64,000 bases of DNA from Candidatus Bathyarchaeota archaeon (GTDB taxonomy: Archaea; Thermoproteota; Bathyarchaeia; Bathyarchaeales; Bathycorpusculaceae): positions 96,001-160,000 of the forward strand of contig CAWEPZ010000011.1 in assembly GCA_963811105.1 (NCBI GenBank). The letters run 5' to 3'. Under the pieces are notes generated by a model. That model searched no databases. It saw only the letters and a list, made by a program, of their open reading frames with translations, and was not told the DNA's origin. Below, piece after piece: positions 62,859 to 64,000 of this stretch (positions are counted from its first letter, which is position 1; each line of letters opens with the position of its first letter). Made by a program: the position numbers and the translations under genes.

Positions 62859-62920
62859 CCGCCGAGAAAGGGATCCAGCACCTTTTTACCAATAAAATTA
62901 TGTAAATCAAATTTTTGTAT
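62859..62920 (+). repeat. Dispersed junction element D
   Basis: Matches 51555-51601 with three substitutions and one T indel. Confidence 0.75.
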
Positions 62921-63069
62921 ACTTATTGATTGCATAAAAAATCACCACAAAAACAAACGTTAACCAACTACTAAAGTTGTTTTCGTTAATGCCTCATAGA
63001 AGCTTGGTGCCTTCTGCTTGCTAATTGAGATGTTTCTCTCAAAAAGCATGCCTGTACAGTCTTTATAAA

Positions 63070-63450
63070 TTAAGAATATTTGGAACTATTTTTTCCGGTT
63101 TGGTTTTCCTTAACTCTAAACTTTACAATTTCATTTATCAAATCTAGTGGCATTGGCTTGTCCAATGGGAATTTGACGGTGCCCTGGACTTTGCTTACTT
63201 CATAGCCTGACAGTTTTTCTTTGAATTCCTCGATGGCCGACTCCCGCGGATAGAAACCGATGTGATTCTTGAATGCTCCAAACCATACCAAGTTGCCATT
63301 CAGTTTGAACGCTGGCATGTTGTAGCTAATTGCTTCTTCTGCTTTGGGTGCAGCGTCCTTAATTGCTTGCCTTATTTGTTCTAAAACAGTTTGAACATTC
63401 TTGGGAAAAGAACCGATGTAATCATCAATCGACTCAAAATTCTTTTTCAT
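63070..63450 (-). CDS. DUF1801 (YdhG-like) protein
   Basis: SIDDYI..FP, EAISYNMPAF, FGAFKNHIGFYP, GTVKFPLDKPMP. Confidence 0.9.
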   Translation of the reverse strand: MKKNFESIDDYIGSFPKNVQTVLEQIRQAIKDAAPKAEEAISYNMPAFKLNGNLVWFGAFKNHIGFYPRESAIEEFKEKLSGYEVSKVQGTVKFPLDKPMPLDLINEIVKFRVKENQTGKNSSKYS

Positions 63451-63667
63451 AGACTAAAAACACCAAGAGACTATTTGCAGAGCTTTTCCTAATAACTTTT
63501 CGCCTAGCATCTATTTCCAAATATGACTAGTTCGATTTATGCCTCACAGAAATCTATTTATCAGCAGCCATTTGCAATTGTACAATAGCGATTACCGTCG
63601 GACCCGTATTGTTCACGCTTTACAGAAGCATTTTTTCTCTTCTAATTAGCCTAGCAATCGATGACCT

Positions 63668-64000
63668 TTATTTCCACTTGGTCAGGATCTCTTCTCGTTT
63701 GAAAGTAGATTTGCTCAAGAAGAATAGAACTACGTCAGCGATCAAAACAACGCCAGAAATGATCAGAAGGTTACTGATACTGAAGGTAAAAATTCCTTCT
63801 GCTCCTGCAAAAAAGACAGCAACGAACGGAATAAACATGAGGCCAGCGATCTGGTTTGCACCCCGAACGTCGCTTACTCGCGATGATGCAATCACCGCTA
63901 CCTCAATACTAAGAACTGCTGCAAGAGGAGCGAGGATTAACAGCATAACGCCAGCGTTCCAGTTGGGAAAATAATAGTAGCCTAACCCCCCGTTGTATAA
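63668..64000 (-). CDS. ABC-2 type permease, C-terminal part (runs off window)
   Basis: SSRVSDVRGANQ...TFKREEILTKWK; open to the window edge. Confidence 0.75.
   Translation of the reverse strand, partial: LYNGGLGYYYFPNWNAGVMLLILAPLAAVLSIEVAVIASSRVSDVRGANQIAGLMFIPFVAVFFAGAEGIFTFSISNLLIISGVVLIADVVLFFLSKSTFKREEILTKWK

Noticed and set aside
1-64000. CRISPR array
   Set aside because: No regularly spaced repeats with unique spacers. The dispersed repeats are kilobases apart and no cas genes are present.

Overview
Archaeal genomic window. Gene content (DUF1616 pair, TrmB, short MRRSKLE-type winged helices, REC-multiPAS kinase, frequent TTG/GTG starts) is most consistent with Bathyarchaeia; this is an inference. 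There are four blocks. (1) 0.2-7 kb: membrane/ABC envelope module. (2) 7.5-26 kb: patchy accessory region with regulators, a GH130 glycosidase, DUF72 and mobile-element debris, including an integrase tail, Cys-rich micro-ORFs, an IS91-family transposase, toxin-antitoxin remnants and a duplicated hairpin+palindrome element. (3) 26.2-47.3 kb: minus-strand surface-glycan cluster. Its core (transaldolase, GmhA-, HddA-, GmhB-like enzymes, nucleotidyltransferase, epimerase, Cys-less UDP-glucose dehydrogenase homologue, Gfo/Idh/MocA, SDR) mirrors family-for-family the lincosamide GDP-octose pathway and is the best candidate for an undescribed system. (4) 47.6-64 kb: unrelated gene cassettes separated by a degenerate dispersed repeat, some copies with tRNA-3'-end-like arms. 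One cassette is a GC-rich EpeE/YydG-like radical SAM gene with a small upstream partner ORF. Many genes are frameshifted, possibly from sequencing error. No complete tRNA, rRNA or CRISPR array was seen. All family calls are by motif recognition; no database searches were run.
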